A DNA stretch of 64,000 bases from Selenomonas sp. (GTDB lineage: Bacteria; Bacillota; Negativicutes; Selenomonadales; Selenomonadaceae), in assembly GCA_017635515.1 (NCBI GenBank), contig JAGBLH010000250.1, positions 8,122 through 72,121 on the forward strand, read 5' to 3'. A model generated the notes under the pieces. It was given only the letters and a program-made list of their open reading frames with translations, was not told where the DNA came from and searched no databases. A program made the translations under genes and the position numbers. This document shows positions 61,663-64,000 of this stretch, one piece after another. The first letter of the stretch is position 1; every line of letters begins with the position of its first letter.

Positions 61663-62970
61663 TTACCTTTGCAAGTAAGCATTGACTTCCTTTTGCAGTT
61701 TATGCAAGCCCATGGACAAGGGCCGTTTTCCTGCATAGATTTCCTGGATGGCATTTTCCGCCATGGTTATGACAGCCCGCTGGTCGCGGAACTTGGGGTG
61801 GCATACCGCCTCGTCCATGATCTGGCTGATGGCCTCCAGATCCACGGACTCGGCCCCGGCGCTGCCCCAGCCCCATTTGGCTCTGGCAGCCTTCAGCACC
61901 ACCTCCCGGCGCACTGGCAGTCCCTGGGATTTTTCCAGGATGGCCCCCTGCACCTCGGGATCCATAGAGATTTTCTTCATGAGCTGCCAGACCAGCCCCG
62001 TCTCCGTGGTGCGGCTGCTCATGCCCAGAAGCAGGGTATTCACCGGGGAGATATTCTTCCCCTGGGGCCCTGCCGGCAGGCGCACGCAGTCCCACTCGGA
62101 GCCGGCGAACTTTTTGATGCGCCAAGGATAGGGCTTGTAAGTCCTGTACTGGGCAAAGGTGAAGGGGCGGAAAGCCACCTTGCCCTGATCTGCCTCACGG
62201 ACGGTGACCTCATGGCCATGCTGCAGCTTCCGCAGCTGCATGACAAACTGCACCCCCTGCTCCACGTTTGGAGAAGCAAAGAAGGAGGCCCGGGCGGAGG
62301 GATTGAAGAGCCCGCCCCCATTGGAGGTCACAGCCAGCTGCCAGTCGTAGTCGTACATGCCGAACTGGTCCAGCACCCCGTCTCCATCCACGTCCTTGGT
62401 GACCTTGGCGCAGATATCATAAAAATCCTGCCAGGTCCAGTCCTCCCTTGGCATCTCAATGCCTTCCCCTGCCAGCAGAGTCTTGTTCACGAACATCATA
62501 GTGGGGGCACACTCCACCGGCAGGGCGTAGAGGCTGCCATTCCTCCTGCCGTATTCCAGTGCTGCGGCATAGAAGCCAGCTTCATCAAAGCCCTGGTCCC
62601 GCCCTGTGAGATCCGACAGATTCCTGATGGCGCCCATGTCGGCATAGGCCTCAAAATCGTAATCCGGCACCAGAAACACATCCGGCTCCGTGCCTGCCAG
62701 GATCTGCTCGGCCAGCCACTCCGGATAATCCTCGTATCTCACGCCGCTGACATAGGTCACATCCACATCCGGGTGCTCCGCCTCGAAGCTCTCGATGGCC
62801 TTATCAATCACCGCATGGCCTTCGCTGTTGGGCACCCCCCAGGCACTGCCCACAAAGGTGCCCACCCTGAGCTGCGTGCGGGCATGGGCCGCCTGCCAGC
62901 TCCAGAGGCCGAAAACCGCCAGCAGGCACAGTGCCAGCAGGTGCCCCCCCATGAGCTTCCTGCCCATCAC
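61663..62970 (-). CDS. Extracellular solute-binding protein (carbohydrate family 1)
   Basis: FEAEHPDV, PDVF, LYALP, NKTLL, WTWQDF. Confidence 0.85.
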   Translation of the reverse strand: MMGRKLMGGHLLALCLLAVFGLWSWQAAHARTQLRVGTFVGSAWGVPNSEGHAVIDKAIESFEAEHPDVDVTYVSGVRYEDYPEWLAEQILAGTEPDVFLVPDYDFEAYADMGAIRNLSDLTGRDQGFDEAGFYAAALEYGRRNGSLYALPVECAPTMMFVNKTLLAGEGIEMPREDWTWQDFYDICAKVTKDVDGDGVLDQFGMYDYDWQLAVTSNGGGLFNPSARASFFASPNVEQGVQFVMQLRKLQHGHEVTVREADQGKVAFRPFTFAQYRTYKPYPWRIKKFAGSEWDCVRLPAGPQGKNISPVNTLLLGMSSRTTETGLVWQLMKKISMDPEVQGAILEKSQGLPVRREVVLKAARAKWGWGSAGAESVDLEAISQIMDEAVCHPKFRDQRAVITMAENAIQEIYAGKRPLSMGLHKLQKEVNAYLQR

Positions 62971-63647
62971 TTTTCCACCGCTTCGGCAGCCAGCCCCGTC
63001 TGCACCGCCCAGATAGCCAGCTGGGTGCGGTCACGGAGGCCAAGCTTGGAGAGCACGGAAGAAAGGCCGTTGCGCACCGTGCCTTCCGAAAGGCTCAGCT
63101 GGTCGGCAATCTCCTTGTTGGAAAGGCCGTGGCCCACCAGCAGGGCGATATTCCGCTCCGTGCGGCTGAAAAGCTCCGCCCCTCCCAAAGTCTCCACCGT
63201 GGAAGCAGAGGCACCGCCCTTCTTGGCCATCTGGCTGAAAAGCTTCACCACCTTCGTGACCACCTCAGGATTGATCATGGCCCCGCCGGAAGCCACAGTG
63301 CGAATGGCGCTGGAAAGCTCCGACACGGAAACACCTTTCAGCATATAGCCGCTGGCCCCATACTTCAGGGCATTGAAGACATATTCATCATCGTCAAAGG
63401 TGGTGAGGATGATGATGCTCACCTCGGGATACTTTTCCTTGATGATGCGGGTGGCCTGGACTCCGTCCACCTCGGGCATGCGCACATCCATGAGAATGAC
63501 ATCCGGCCTGTCCTGCTCTATGAGATCCAGGCACTCCTGACCATCGGAGGCCAGGGCGGACACCTGCATATCCCCGTTCTGTTCCAAAACTATCTTCAAG
63601 CTGTCGCGGATCAGCTCCTGGTCATCCGCTATCATTACCTTAATCAT
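62967..63647 (-). CDS. NarL/LuxR family response regulator
   Basis: IADDQ, ILMDVRMP, LTTFDDDEY, SNKEIA..L.LSEGTVRN HTH. Confidence 0.93.
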   Translation of the reverse strand: MIKVMIADDQELIRDSLKIVLEQNGDMQVSALASDGQECLDLIEQDRPDVILMDVRMPEVDGVQATRIIKEKYPEVSIIILTTFDDDEYVFNALKYGASGYMLKGVSVSELSSAIRTVASGGAMINPEVVTKVVKLFSQMAKKGGASASTVETLGGAELFSRTERNIALLVGHGLSNKEIADQLSLSEGTVRNGLSSVLSKLGLRDRTQLAIWAVQTGLAAEAVEK

Positions 63648-64000
63648 ACTTCCTCCTTGGCCCCCTGGCCTACGGGTATCACTGCCTCCAAAATAAAGCC
63701 ATTTTCCGAGCGGCAGGCAAGGCTGCCGTGCAGCAGGTCAAGACGCTCCCTCATGTGCCTGAGGCCGAAGCCCGGCACTGTCTCCTGGCACCCCTGCCCA
63801 TTGTCCACAATCTTTATCTTCAACTTGCCCTCATCCAGCCGGAAGGTGACAGCAGCTTTCGTGGCATGGCCGTGGCGGTTGGCATTGGTCAGCCCCTCCT
63901 GTACGATGCGATAGATGACCTCCTCCACATCCTGCCGCATGGCCTCCGGCCAGCCCTCGATGGAAAGCTCCACCTCCATGGAAGTAGTATCGGCATACTC
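63644..64000 (-). CDS. Sensor histidine kinase (NarX-like HATPase), 5' end outside the window
   Basis: YRIVQEGLTNANRHG, DNGQG, GFGLRHMRER. Confidence 0.88.
   Translation of the reverse strand, partial: EYADTTSMEVELSIEGWPEAMRQDVEEVIYRIVQEGLTNANRHGHATKAAVTFRLDEGKLKIKIVDNGQGCQETVPGFGLRHMRERLDLLHGSLACRSENGFILEAVIPVGQGAKEEV

Overview
Chromosomal window from a diderm Firmicute (Negativicutes, most likely Selenomonadaceae: SLH-porin OmpM with TRYE motif, LPS/heptose genes and an LptD-like barrel next to Firmicute-type housekeeping genes). Nearly all genes are on the minus strand. Left to right: NirJ1/AhbC radical SAM gene (truncated) and TetR; a LacI-controlled L-arabinose operon (chvE-gguA-gguB-araB-araA, no araD); RelB/YoeB TA; ompM; ychF, upp, csaB, prfB (no frameshift), secA, hpf, csp; a chimeric frameshifted RTX-like pseudogene; an MNT-HEPN pair; a polar amino-acid ABC transporter; a ~24 kb LPS/ADP-heptose/surface-modification cluster with a second MNT-HEPN pair; a CDF transporter; a GGDEF-EAL gene; and an SBP-response regulator-kinase locus. 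Elements the ORF track misses: two small type I toxin-antitoxin loci, two promoter-bearing candidate structured ncRNAs, a three-hairpin intergenic repeat present twice with compensatory changes, two long palindromes with sheared-GA internal loops, a non-origin cluster of seven DnaA boxes, and an inverted, internally deleted paralog of a heptosyltransferase gene. All calls come from reading the sequence; no searches or folding programs were run.
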